Assembly (NCBI GenBank): GCA_963925895.1 | Contig: CAWUVH010000007.1 | Location: forward strand, 178,910-242,909 | Reading direction: 5' to 3' | Length of the DNA: 64,000 bases | Source: an uncultured Burkholderiales bacterium | Lineage (GTDB): Bacteria; Pseudomonadota; Gammaproteobacteria; Burkholderiales; Eutrophovitaceae | Part shown: positions 25,096-34,067 of the stretch, piece by piece | Layout of the letters: each line of letters begins with the position of its first letter | Numbering within the stretch: position 1 is the first letter of the stretch | The notes under the pieces: model-generated | Told to the model about the DNA's origin: nothing | Databases searched by the model: none | What the model saw: the letters and a program-made list of their open reading frames with translations, nothing else | Program-made: the position numbers and the translations under genes

Positions 25096-26985
25096 CTATC
25101 GACTTTGCTCTAAGGTTTCCCATGCAGCATAGGCAGCAGAAAGTTCAATTTTGATGGTCGCGGTCCTCTTGAGTGTCTGTTCGACCTTACCAATTTCTGA
25201 GGCATAGAAGATTGGGTCAGAGATTAGTGTTTCCAAAGTAGTTTGTTCTGTTTCCAAGGTTTCTATGAGGGCGAGTGCCTTCTCAAGTGCTAGTTTTTCT
25301 TTATTGGATAAGGATCGCTTTGCAGCTTGCGTGGCTACAGGGGTAGCTTTATTTTTGTGCTTATTATTTGGGGTTTCTGGAGTAACGTCTACGTCTAGCA
25401 ACTTGCCCCCATGCTGCACCCAGTCGCTATACCCACCTACATATTCCTCCACATTTCCATCATTCTCGAAAACCATGACTGAGGTGACAACATTGTCCAT
25501 AAATTTTCGGTCATGGCTCACTAGCAGAACTGTACCCTTGAAGTTAGAAAGCATTTCTTCAAGTAATTCTAGAGTTTCAATATCTAAGTCGTTAGTCGGT
25601 TCGTCTAGGACAAGAACGTTGGCTGGTCTACTAAAAACTTTGGCAAGTATGGCGCGATTTTGTTCGCCACCAGACAGGGCCTTGGCGGGTGTTCTCACTC
25701 TGTCTGGCGTGAATAGAAAGTCGCCGAGATAGCTGATGGCATGCTTTCGTTTACCATCTATTTCGATGAACTCTTGTCCATCGCAGACATTATCAATCAG
25801 GTTTTTCTCCATATCTAGGTGTTCGCGTAATTGATCGAAATACGCTACCTCTAGTTTGCTGCCAAGCTTAACTTCGCCTTCAGTAGGAGCGAGCTGACCG
25901 AGTATTATTTTAATTAGTGTTGATTTGCCTGCCCCATTTGCACCTACAATGCCGATGCGATCGCCGCGCATAATCGAGGAGGAGAAGTCTTGAATGATCT
26001 TTCTATCTCCGAAGGTATGACTAATGTTCTTCAACTCGGCCACGATTTTCCCAGAGCGCTCCGCAATATCAAGTTTAAGGTTAGCCTTGCCCTGTAGCTC
26101 CCTTCGCTCAGTTCGTTCTTTGCGCATGGATTCGAGTGCCCTCACTCGGCCCTCATTGCGAGTGCGACGCGCCTTGATTCCTTGACGAATCCATACTTCC
26201 TCTTCGGCAAGTTTCTTGTCGAACAGCTTGTTGAGATTTTGTTCAGCCGCGAACTGCTCCTCACGATAACGAAGAAAACGATCGAAATCCCCCTCAAACT
26301 GATAGAGTGAGCCGCGATCAAGCTCGACAATTTTGTTGGCTACATTTTGTAAAAAGCTACGATCGTGGGTGATTAGCATGAGCGCGCCACGGTAGTCTAA
26401 TAGCTGCTTTTCTAGCCATTCGATAGCCGGAATATCAAGATGGTTAGTCGGTTCATCTAGTAATAGTAGTTCCGGTTCGCACACAAGGGCGCGGGCCAAT
26501 GCAACTCGTTTACGCCAGCCACCGGAGAGCTCCGACATGCGCTTCTCCTGCGGGAGTTGTAGCTGAGTGATCACAGTGTCGACCTTCTGGCTAAGGCTCC
26601 AGCCGTCTTTCGCTTCGAGCTCTCCCTGTACGCGCTCGAGTTCGTCACTGTTGTTGGTGTCATAGTGGAACGTAAGGTGGTGGTAACGCTTTAGGAGCGC
26701 ACCAACTTCTGCGAGTCCATCAGCCACAAAATCATAAACTGTCTGTTCGTCGGCAATAGGAAGGTTTTGTTCCAGCCACGCGACTTCAACCCCGGGCCGT
26801 AACCAACGCTCGCCTCCATCAGGAGAGATCACACCGGCGACTAGCTTCATTAGCGTTGTTTTTCCAGCGCCATTTCTCCCGAGTAATCCGATGCGCGAGC
26901 CGCGCTTAATCCCAAAATTGACTTCGTCTAAAAGTATATGCGTACCGAAGTTGATCGATAGCTTGTCAAGTCTAATTAAGGGCAT
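25096..26985 (-). CDS. uup: ABC-F family ATPase, Uup-like
   Basis: Two ABC cassettes (GRNGAGKT and GANGAGKS, LSGG signatures, LLLDEPTNHLD and VLDEPTNDLD) plus a C-terminal coiled-coil domain. Confidence 0.88.
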   Translation of the reverse strand: MPLIRLDKLSINFGTHILLDEVNFGIKRGSRIGLLGRNGAGKTTLMKLVAGVISPDGGERWLRPGVEVAWLEQNLPIADEQTVYDFVADGLAEVGALLKRYHHLTFHYDTNNSDELERVQGELEAKDGWSLSQKVDTVITQLQLPQEKRMSELSGGWRKRVALARALVCEPELLLLDEPTNHLDIPAIEWLEKQLLDYRGALMLITHDRSFLQNVANKIVELDRGSLYQFEGDFDRFLRYREEQFAAEQNLNKLFDKKLAEEEVWIRQGIKARRTRNEGRVRALESMRKERTERRELQGKANLKLDIAERSGKIVAELKNISHTFGDRKIIQDFSSSIMRGDRIGIVGANGAGKSTLIKIILGQLAPTEGEVKLGSKLEVAYFDQLREHLDMEKNLIDNVCDGQEFIEIDGKRKHAISYLGDFLFTPDRVRTPAKALSGGEQNRAILAKVFSRPANVLVLDEPTNDLDIETLELLEEMLSNFKGTVLLVSHDRKFMDNVVTSVMVFENDGNVEEYVGGYSDWVQHGGKLLDVDVTPETPNNKHKNKATPVATQAAKRSLSNKEKLALEKALALIETLETEQTTLETLISDPIFYASEIGKVEQTLKRTATIKIELSAAYAAWETLEQSR

Positions 26986-27050
26986 TGGTCGGCATTTAAA
27001 TAGGTGGTGAGTTGGGGACGCATTCTATCCTGTCTGATGAAATCTGTGGC

Positions 27051-27072
27051 ATTGCATAAAAATTGCATAAAA
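27051..27072. repeat. Perfect tandem direct repeat of an 11-mer, two copies (ATTGCATAAAA)
   Basis: Read directly from the sequence. It lies in the uup upstream region, about 65 nt from the uup start codon. Confidence 0.8.
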
Positions 27073-27118
27073 CGGGACTAGCTAGTCAGGCGTTTTGATC
27101 GTAAGGCTTTGAAGCCTA

Positions 27119-27193
27119 TGAGGAACCGGAGACGAATCGAACGTCAGACCTAGCCCTTAGGAGGGGGTTGCCTATCCCCTGAGCTACTGGGGC
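27119..27193 (-). pseudogene. Decayed copy of tRNA-Arg(CCU)
   Basis: It aligns with the tRNA at 23913..23988 over its whole length. There is a 1-nt deletion in the D-arm, substitutions in the T-stem and anticodon stem, a broken acceptor stem (GCCCCAG versus CCGGTTC) and no CCA. Confidence 0.75.
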
Positions 27194-27328
27194 GCAGACG
27201 TTATTTCCAAGCCCACCTTGCTGAAAGAGTTACAATACAGTCCTGAACTCTTAATGACTCTTTAGAATTAGACGTCTAAATTGAGTTACTTTCCTGATGC
27301 AATAATGCAACCTAATCGAATGGTTTGA

Positions 27329-28732
27329 ATGAAATTTACTGATCTAGGTCTTGATGATGTAATTTTAAAGGCGGTGGTTGAAGAAGGATATACCCAACCC
27401 ACCCCGATACAAGAACAAGCGATTCCGAACGTGCTTAGCGGCAGGGACGTTATGGCTGCGGCGCAAACAGGAACCGGTAAAACGGCTAGTTTCACACTGC
27501 CGATGTTGCATCGACTACTTCCTCATGCGAATTCCAGCACCTCTCCGGCAAAGCATCCCGTTCGAGCGCTTATCTTAACGCCCACACGAGAGTTAGCCGC
27601 ACAGGTTGATGAGAGCGCTCGACGTTACGGAAAATACCTTCCGCTTAGAGTGGGATGTGTTTATGGCGGCGTCCCCATGCCTCCTCAAGTCGCTATGTTG
27701 CGTGCGGGTGTTGAGGTGCTTGTGGCGACACCTGGTCGATTACTTGACCACGTCGGTACCAATGCCGTGAGATTTTCTTCCGTAGAATTTTTGGTGTTGG
27801 ATGAGGCGGACAGGATGCTTGATATGGGTTTCTTACCTGACATCAAGCGGATTGTGGATTTGATTCCTCCTTCAAGGCAAACTTTATTGTTTTCTGCGAC
27901 CTATTCTGAGGAGATCAGACGAGTTGCAGGAGCCTGGCTTAGAGATCCGGTAAAGATTGAGGTAGCAGCTAGAAATACGGTCGTCGATACGATTCAACAT
28001 ACTGTGTTGGAGGTTTCTGAACAAGATAAGTCAAGGCAGCTTGTGCGACTGTTACATGAAGGAAAAATCACTCAGGCGTTAGTTTTTTGTAATACAAAAA
28101 TCGGGGCGAATCGCTTGACCCGGCATTTGCAAACCAAGGGTGTTGATTCAGAGGCGATACACAGCGATCGCTCTCAAATTGAACGAACGACGGCTTTAGA
28201 AAACTTTAAGGCAAATAAAACTAAGGTGTTGGTAGCGACTGATATTGCTGCTCGGGGCCTAGACATCGATCAGCTACCTTACGTCGTTAATTACGATTTA
28301 CCTCACAATGCTGAAGATTATGTGCACCGTATTGGGCGAACAGGACGCGCTGGTCAAAAAGGGGAGGCGATATCGTTTTGCACTCCTTCAGACAAGGAAT
28401 CGCTACGTGCAATTGAAAAACTGATTAATAAAAAATTAGAACTTAATGTGTCGAGTAATTCTGGGCCTGATCAAGCAGCTGTTCCAGCATCTTCGAGAAT
28501 ATCAAATACTGATATCAAAAGACCGAAAGTGGAGACTAAAAGGCCGAAAGTCGAGACCAAAAGGCCAAAAGGAGATACTTTTTTCTCCGAGCCGTATACG
28601 CCTAGCGAAAGCGTTAGTGAAACCTTGGTTCCATCTCTCGATAATAAAGAGGCCCGGGTAGACAAGGGTGCTAACAAAAAAACTATTGCAGCGCTTTTTA
28701 TGCCCCCATCCAGTGAGAACACGGGAGAATAG
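27329..28732 (+). CDS. rhlE: DEAD-box ATP-dependent RNA helicase RhlE-like, with a repetitive basic tail
   Basis: Q motif, motif I AQTGTGKT, motif II VLDEADRML, SAT motif, motif VI HRIGRTGRAG, and a C-terminal KRPKVET repeat tail. Confidence 0.9.
   Translation: MKFTDLGLDDVILKAVVEEGYTQPTPIQEQAIPNVLSGRDVMAAAQTGTGKTASFTLPMLHRLLPHANSSTSPAKHPVRALILTPTRELAAQVDESARRYGKYLPLRVGCVYGGVPMPPQVAMLRAGVEVLVATPGRLLDHVGTNAVRFSSVEFLVLDEADRMLDMGFLPDIKRIVDLIPPSRQTLLFSATYSEEIRRVAGAWLRDPVKIEVAARNTVVDTIQHTVLEVSEQDKSRQLVRLLHEGKITQALVFCNTKIGANRLTRHLQTKGVDSEAIHSDRSQIERTTALENFKANKTKVLVATDIAARGLDIDQLPYVVNYDLPHNAEDYVHRIGRTGRAGQKGEAISFCTPSDKESLRAIEKLINKKLELNVSSNSGPDQAAVPASSRISNTDIKRPKVETKRPKVETKRPKGDTFFSEPYTPSESVSETLVPSLDNKEARVDKGANKKTIAALFMPPSSENTGE
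28517..28573 (+). repeat. In-frame 21-bp tandem repeat, about 2.7 copies, encoding KRPKVET-KRPKVET-KRPKGD
   Basis: Read directly from the sequence. Copies differ only at synonymous or near-synonymous positions. Confidence 0.85.
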
Positions 28733-28824
28733 TTAAGAGGGCCAGTTCTAGCGGTTTTGCGCACAATTTGTTTCTAAGATCGATGAATCTTTGTGATTTA
28801 GAACACGGGGAAGGGGAGGGAGCG

Positions 28825-29577
28825 CTAATTTAGATCTTCTTCTAATTCTAATTCTAATTCCCTGAATGATTTCCCTTTGTATTTGCTCGGGCTGATTTTT
28901 ATGGTCGCCCCATCTCTAATCTGGTACTCACGTCTCTGCAGCCACATGTCTCTGATGAAGCTGTATTTGTCGATGGCAGAATCATTCATTATGTTTTCAA
29001 CCTCTAATAAATTTGCTCGAGCGGCAATGACTTTTAGGCCCGTGACTTTCCATCGGGTGGATTCATGGTCAATGTGTGAGATGGGATCTATAAAGTAATC
29101 CACGGGCTTTCCTAAACCGTCACGAACCGTGCTGGGCCCCAATAACGGCAGCACAAGATAGGGGCCGCTACTTACACCCCAATATCCAAGGGTCTGCCCA
29201 AAGTCTTCATTATGGTAAGGGATCCCTATTTCTGTGGCGACATCAAAGATTCCACCAACTCCAAGAATTAAGTTGGTCGTGAAGCGCGCAATATCGATCG
29301 GAACATTGCGCACCTTCAGTTGTAATAAATCATTAACCGTCGTGTTGAGAACGCCTAGGTTCGTGAAAAAATTCCGTACCCCTGTGCGAACAAGAGAGGG
29401 CACAAAAGCCGAGTAGGCTTTAGCCACAGGTTTCACAATAATTCCATCCAATGATTCGTTAAAGCTATAAATCTTGCGGTTCATCGGCTCGAGTGGATCA
29501 TGGCCGTTAGGGCCGGTTGCGCACCCACCAGTGACAAGTGCAATAGCAAGTAATAAATTGATAACCCAAATTTTCAT
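28825..29577 (-). CDS. mlaA: MlaA/VacJ family outer-membrane lipoprotein
   Basis: A lipobox (LVTGGC) is followed by DPLEPMNRKIYSFNESLD, which is characteristic of MlaA. Confidence 0.88.
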   Translation of the reverse strand: MKIWVINLLLAIALVTGGCATGPNGHDPLEPMNRKIYSFNESLDGIIVKPVAKAYSAFVPSLVRTGVRNFFTNLGVLNTTVNDLLQLKVRNVPIDIARFTTNLILGVGGIFDVATEIGIPYHNEDFGQTLGYWGVSSGPYLVLPLLGPSTVRDGLGKPVDYFIDPISHIDHESTRWKVTGLKVIAARANLLEVENIMNDSAIDKYSFIRDMWLQRREYQIRDGATIKISPSKYKGKSFRELELELEEDLN

Positions 29578-29700
29578 CAGTCAAACCATGTTATTAATCC
29601 GTTTTGATTATAACCTGTGTTTTAGAGTAGCCACACTGAAGGTGATTATAATAGTGGCTCAATAGAAAAATAAGAGTTCACGGTAGAAAATGGAGGGTTT

Positions 29701-30480
29701 ATGGATTTCGGACTGAAAGGTAAATGGGGATTAGTGTGTGCAGGAAGTAAAGGGTTAGGGCGTGCGTGTGCGGAGTCCTTAGCGGAGGAAGGGGTCAATA
29801 TTATTATTGTTGCGCGCGGTGCAGAGGCGCTGGCAGAAACGGCGGAACATATACGATCGCGGACTACGGTAGAGGTTAAAACGGTGGTTGCCGATATTAC
29901 GACGCAAGAGGGTCGAGAGCTGACTATGAACGCTTGCCCTCAGCTTGATATTTTGGTCAACAACGCGGGTGGACCTCCAGCTGGAGATTTTAGGAGTTTC
30001 ACGCTTACTGATTGGGAAAAGGCGCTCCACGCGAACATGTTGACACCGATTGATCTCATCAAGTCAGTTTTGGATGGAATGATTGATCGAAAGTTTGGAC
30101 GGATCGTCAATATTACGTCAGCAGCTGTGAAAGCGCCTATCCCAATCTTGGGCTTGTCGAATGGTGCGAGAGCGGGTTTAACTGGTTTTATTGCCGGTCT
30201 TTCTCGGCAAACACCCATGCACAATGTGACCATTAACAATATTCTACCTGGAGCGTTTGCTACTGAGACGATGAATGGTCGCATGGCGGCAATGGCAAAA
30301 CAGAGCAATACGACAATTGAAGAGGTTGCTCAATCGAGACTCAATGCAATCCCGGCGGGCCGGTTTGGGCAGCCTAAAGAGTTCGGGCAATTGTGTGCTT
30401 ACATCTGTAGTGCGCAGGCCTCATATATCACGGGGCACAACTTTCTCATTGACGGTGGGGTTTATAACGGGACATTGTAG
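29701..30480 (+). CDS. SDR family oxidoreductase
   Basis: Rossmann motif VCAGSKGLGRA and the NNAG motif are present. Length is 259 aa. Confidence 0.85.
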   Translation: MDFGLKGKWGLVCAGSKGLGRACAESLAEEGVNIIIVARGAEALAETAEHIRSRTTVEVKTVVADITTQEGRELTMNACPQLDILVNNAGGPPAGDFRSFTLTDWEKALHANMLTPIDLIKSVLDGMIDRKFGRIVNITSAAVKAPIPILGLSNGARAGLTGFIAGLSRQTPMHNVTINNILPGAFATETMNGRMAAMAKQSNTTIEEVAQSRLNAIPAGRFGQPKEFGQLCAYICSAQASYITGHNFLIDGGVYNGTL

Positions 30481-30832
30481 TATTTAAGATTAAAAAAATC
30501 TATGAAATCAGATGGTTAGTTTTTTCTGCTTTAATATTGGTCCTGATTTTTGAGTTGCGGCACCCAACAAATGCTTCTATTCGTGATTCCTTGACGACTT
30601 GTGATCGGTATTTTTCGTAAAAAATACTTGAATTACTCTGTCGAAAACGTATAGTGCGGCCTTCAAGTATTTCGACCAGTCGGTAATTTAATTTTTTGTC
30701 TGGTCGCTGGGTCGTTCGAAGAACTCAGTGGGAATTGCTGCCACGTGAACTTTGGGCGGGAATCGCGGTTTGGGTACGCGTCCTCGACGCAACGGTGGGG
30801 CATAGCCTCGCATTACGGAGGGAGATTGTGAT

Positions 30833-31339
30833 ATGCGTAATCTCAAATTGAAGAAGGTTCGTCCGGTCGCAACGGAGACAGAAACGCTTCATAAAAACGG
30901 GGACGATTTAGGTCTCCATCTGGTTGGTGGTTCTTCAGTTGAAGAGTCGTCTTCGAGGGCTTCGCTACATAAGGTTAAAGAAACTCCGGGACTACATGTC
31001 ATGGGGGATTTGTATGACGTTAAATGTAGCGAAGAATTTATGGTGGATGCTGACTTGCTGAGAGAGCATTGCCTCAAATTGGTCAAAGATGCCGGACTGT
31101 CCACTGTGGGTGAATTTTTTCACCAGTTTGATGGTGAGGGTGGCGTGACCGGTATGGTTGTACTTGCTGAGTCACACGTGTCTTTGCATACCTGGCCAGA
31201 AAAAAACTATGTGACTGTTGACGTATATGTTTGCAGTTATTCTCAAGATAACCGACCTAGGGCAAGACAGCTCTATCAATCATTGATAGACACCTTTAAG
31301 CCTGACTTCGAGAAATCACACGCAGTCGAAAGACTTTAA
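30833..31339 (+). CDS. speD: S-adenosylmethionine decarboxylase proenzyme (pyruvoyl, class 1 SpeH-type) with an N-terminal extension of about 55 aa
   Basis: Self-cleavage context LAESHVSLHTWPE and GLHVMGDLYDV are present. No alternative in-frame start lies near the conserved core. Confidence 0.8.
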   Translation: MRNLKLKKVRPVATETETLHKNGDDLGLHLVGGSSVEESSSRASLHKVKETPGLHVMGDLYDVKCSEEFMVDADLLREHCLKLVKDAGLSTVGEFFHQFDGEGGVTGMVVLAESHVSLHTWPEKNYVTVDVYVCSYSQDNRPRARQLYQSLIDTFKPDFEKSHAVERL

Positions 31340-31368
31340 AGTGTAACTGGGTGGATTGAAATAGTCTG

Positions 31369-32322
31369 ATGGCGGAAAAAAGCAAGGAAGAGTATTTTCT
31401 AGAAAGTCTTAATGATGGAATGGGGTTTTGGGTCAGGTCGAAAGAACGACTTGCACACGCCAAATCTCCCTTCCAAGATATTGAGGTTTTAGAGACTGAC
31501 TTTGGACGGACCCTGCGTATCGACGACTATTTCATGACGTCGGACAAGGATGAGTTTTTTTATCATGAAAACATGATTCATCCGGCTGGAATCTCCCACT
31601 ATGCACCTAAGCGTGCATTAATTATTGGTGGTGGTGACGGTGGTGCGGCAGAAGAATATTTAAAGTATCCCTCTATTGAAGAAGTTGTGATGGTGGAAAT
31701 TGATGCCGTTGTGGTCGATTTCTGCAAAGAGCACCTTCCTGATGTACACCGAGGTGCGTTTGATGATCCTCGGTTGAAAGTCGTAATTGCTGATGGCAAG
31801 AAGTATGTGGAAGAGTGTCAAGACCAGTTTGATCTTATGATGCTCGACCTGACTGATCCCTTTGGCCCTGCCGAAGCGCTATATCGTGTTGATTTCCTGC
31901 AGCATTGTCGTCGTATCTTGGGTCCTGAAGGTGTTTTGTCGATGCATTTGGGGTCGCCTGTGACGCGTCCAAATGTCTTCCATAGAGTCTACAGCTCGTT
32001 GAAAACCGTATTTGGGGTCGTGCGCCCCTATCTGGTCTACGTGCCTTTATATGGAACGATTTGGGGTATGGCAACGGCTTCAGACAAAACTGATCCGCTT
32101 GCATTCAATTCGGAAAATGTAGAAGAACGTCTTAAGACGCGTAAAATTAGCCATCTCCAATACTACAATGGTGATACTCACCAGGGTGTGTTCGGATTAC
32201 CTAATTACGTTCGAGGTATCTTAGGGCTTAGTCTTCGGCCAATCACAGAGCAAGACCCTATGGACGAGCCTGGATTAGATCCTGAAAATCACATTCCCTT
32301 GAAGGTGACTCGTCTCGACTGA
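31369..32322 (+). CDS. speE: Polyamine aminopropyltransferase (spermidine synthase family)
   Basis: IIGGGDGG motif and the DLTDP motif are present. It starts 29 nt after speD. Confidence 0.85.
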   Translation: MAEKSKEEYFLESLNDGMGFWVRSKERLAHAKSPFQDIEVLETDFGRTLRIDDYFMTSDKDEFFYHENMIHPAGISHYAPKRALIIGGGDGGAAEEYLKYPSIEEVVMVEIDAVVVDFCKEHLPDVHRGAFDDPRLKVVIADGKKYVEECQDQFDLMMLDLTDPFGPAEALYRVDFLQHCRRILGPEGVLSMHLGSPVTRPNVFHRVYSSLKTVFGVVRPYLVYVPLYGTIWGMATASDKTDPLAFNSENVEERLKTRKISHLQYYNGDTHQGVFGLPNYVRGILGLSLRPITEQDPMDEPGLDPENHIPLKVTRLD

Positions 32323-32418
32323 CGTCATTGATCGGGTCCATGAGTTGGGATAATGACCAACTCTGTTGAAATCTGTATCGTGATTGTTTGCATTAACTGA
32401 ACTCGAAAGAGAGTGAGT

Positions 32419-33537
32419 ATGCCCGGACCCCTCAGAGGTTTAAAAGTTTTGGATTTCTCAACGTTACTTCCTGGCCCCATGGCGACCTTATTCCTCGCTG
32501 AGGCCGGTGCGGAAGTAGTTAAAATTGAACGACCCGATAGCGGTGAGGATATGAGATATTATCCGCCGAAATGGGGCGACAGCAGTGTCAATTTTTCATT
32601 GTTAAATCGTGGAAAAAAAAGTGTTGCAGTTGACTTAAAGAATGAGCGGGAGCGGGCTAAATTAACCCCATTAATTCAGGAAGCTGATATCGTAGTAGAA
32701 CAGTTCCGTCCTGGTGTGATGGCACGGTTAGGGCTTGATTACGAGTCCATTAAAAAAATTAATCCTAAGATTATCTATTGTTCTATTTCTGGTTTCGGGC
32801 AAAGTGGTCCGAAGAAAAATATAGCTGGGCACGACATCAATTATGTAGGGGATGCTGGACTTCTCTCACTGAGTTTGGGTTCTGCTGAGCAACCCGTTGT
32901 GCCGCCGGCATTGATCGCTGATATTGCCGGAGGATCGTATCCGGCGGTGATGAATATACTGCTCGCGCTTCGCGAACGTGATTTGTCGGGTCAAGGTTGT
33001 TACATCGATATTGCCATGACGGACGGAGTGCTTCCATTTTTGTTTTGGGCGCTCGGAAAAACAAGTGCGTCCGGCGTGAATCCTAAAAATGGACAAGACC
33101 GCCTCACAGGCGGTTCACCACGTTACCAGCTCTACCCAACGAGTGACGAACGCTTTGTGGCGGCTGGACCGTTAGAGAATAAGTTCTGGGAGACTTTTTC
33201 AGAAACAATCGGTCTTGAGGCGGAGTATCGTGATGATTCTATCGATGAAGCAGAAACGATTCGTCAGGTTGCATCCATAATTAAAGAGAAATCAGCATCT
33301 TACTGGGAGCCCATTTTCAGAGAGGCCAACTGTTGTTGTACCATCGTTAAGACGGTGGAGGAGGCCTTGGCTGATGAGCAATTTAGAGTTCGTGGCGTCT
33401 TTAACGAACAGTTGACGAGTAAAAGTGGTGACACGATTCCTGCAGTTCCAATCCCCATTATCACTGAGCTCAGAAAACAAAATGACGGGGGTAGAGCACC
33501 GGCCATTGGAGAGCATAATGAGGATCTTTTACGGTAA
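32419..33537 (+). CDS. Family III CoA-transferase (CaiB/BaiF-like)
   Basis: N-terminus LRGLKVLDFSTLLPGP with ADIVVEQFRPG is typical of the family. I preferred the ATG at 32419 over the GTG at 32413. Confidence 0.85.
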   Translation: MPGPLRGLKVLDFSTLLPGPMATLFLAEAGAEVVKIERPDSGEDMRYYPPKWGDSSVNFSLLNRGKKSVAVDLKNERERAKLTPLIQEADIVVEQFRPGVMARLGLDYESIKKINPKIIYCSISGFGQSGPKKNIAGHDINYVGDAGLLSLSLGSAEQPVVPPALIADIAGGSYPAVMNILLALRERDLSGQGCYIDIAMTDGVLPFLFWALGKTSASGVNPKNGQDRLTGGSPRYQLYPTSDERFVAAGPLENKFWETFSETIGLEAEYRDDSIDEAETIRQVASIIKEKSASYWEPIFREANCCCTIVKTVEEALADEQFRVRGVFNEQLTSKSGDTIPAVPIPIITELRKQNDGGRAPAIGEHNEDLLR

Positions 33538-33686
33538 AGGTGTGTTGGCGGTAGTTATCTGAATTGATGCGTTGAGTCGATCAAGATCTCTTTGTTTATA
33601 AGTATCTAAGCTTTATTTGGGTTGACTCTAAAAGGGTTACCTTTTACTCTACTTTAATCAGATAATAAATTATGGAGTCCCAGTTG

Positions 33687-33854
33687 ATGAAAGCGTTAGC
33701 GTATGTCCTATCCCTTGTATTTGTTGTAACTTGCTCTTTAACTTATGCAGGCGTCACGGGAACAACAGGTCCAAGCCAGCACTCAGGTGCAAAAATTAAA
33801 CCCGTCGAAGACAAGCATGAAGAGTCTAAAGAGGCTAGTGAGCACGATCACTAA
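33687..33854 (+). CDS. Small secreted His/Glu-rich peptide, function unknown
   Basis: A GGAG Shine-Dalgarno lies 9 nt before the ATG at 33687. There is a signal peptide (MKALAYVLSLVFVVTCSLTYA) and an acidic, His-rich tail (…EDKHEESKEASEHDH). A strong terminator follows. Confidence 0.5.
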   Translation: MKALAYVLSLVFVVTCSLTYAGVTGTTGPSQHSGAKIKPVEDKHEESKEASEHDH

Positions 33855-33874
33855 ATGTACAGGGTGATGTGCTA

Positions 33875-33906
33875 GAAAAAAAGCCGGCAAAGCCGGCTTT
33901 TTTGAT
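33875..33906 (+). terminator. Rho-independent terminator
   Basis: Sequence is AAAAAAAGCCGGC-aaa-GCCGGCTTTTTT. Confidence 0.85.
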
Positions 33907-34067
33907 TTGGGTAGGTATGCAGTGATGTGTCATCTAAATTTGAGAATTGAGAGAACAATGTTAGTCTTTAAGAACAAAAGAACGGCGTGCTAGCACCATT
34001 GCAAGTGCCTCCTGGGTAAACCCAGTTAAAAATTAATATTGACCGAATTGTTGTTATAGGATGAATC

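Noticed and set aside
23913-27193. An intact integrative element (genomic island or prophage) bounded by att repeats.
   Set aside because: No integrase, excisionase, transposase or phage gene lies between or next to the repeats. The repeat is a whole decayed tRNA rather than a 3'-terminal att core. I report it only as a possible scar or duplication.
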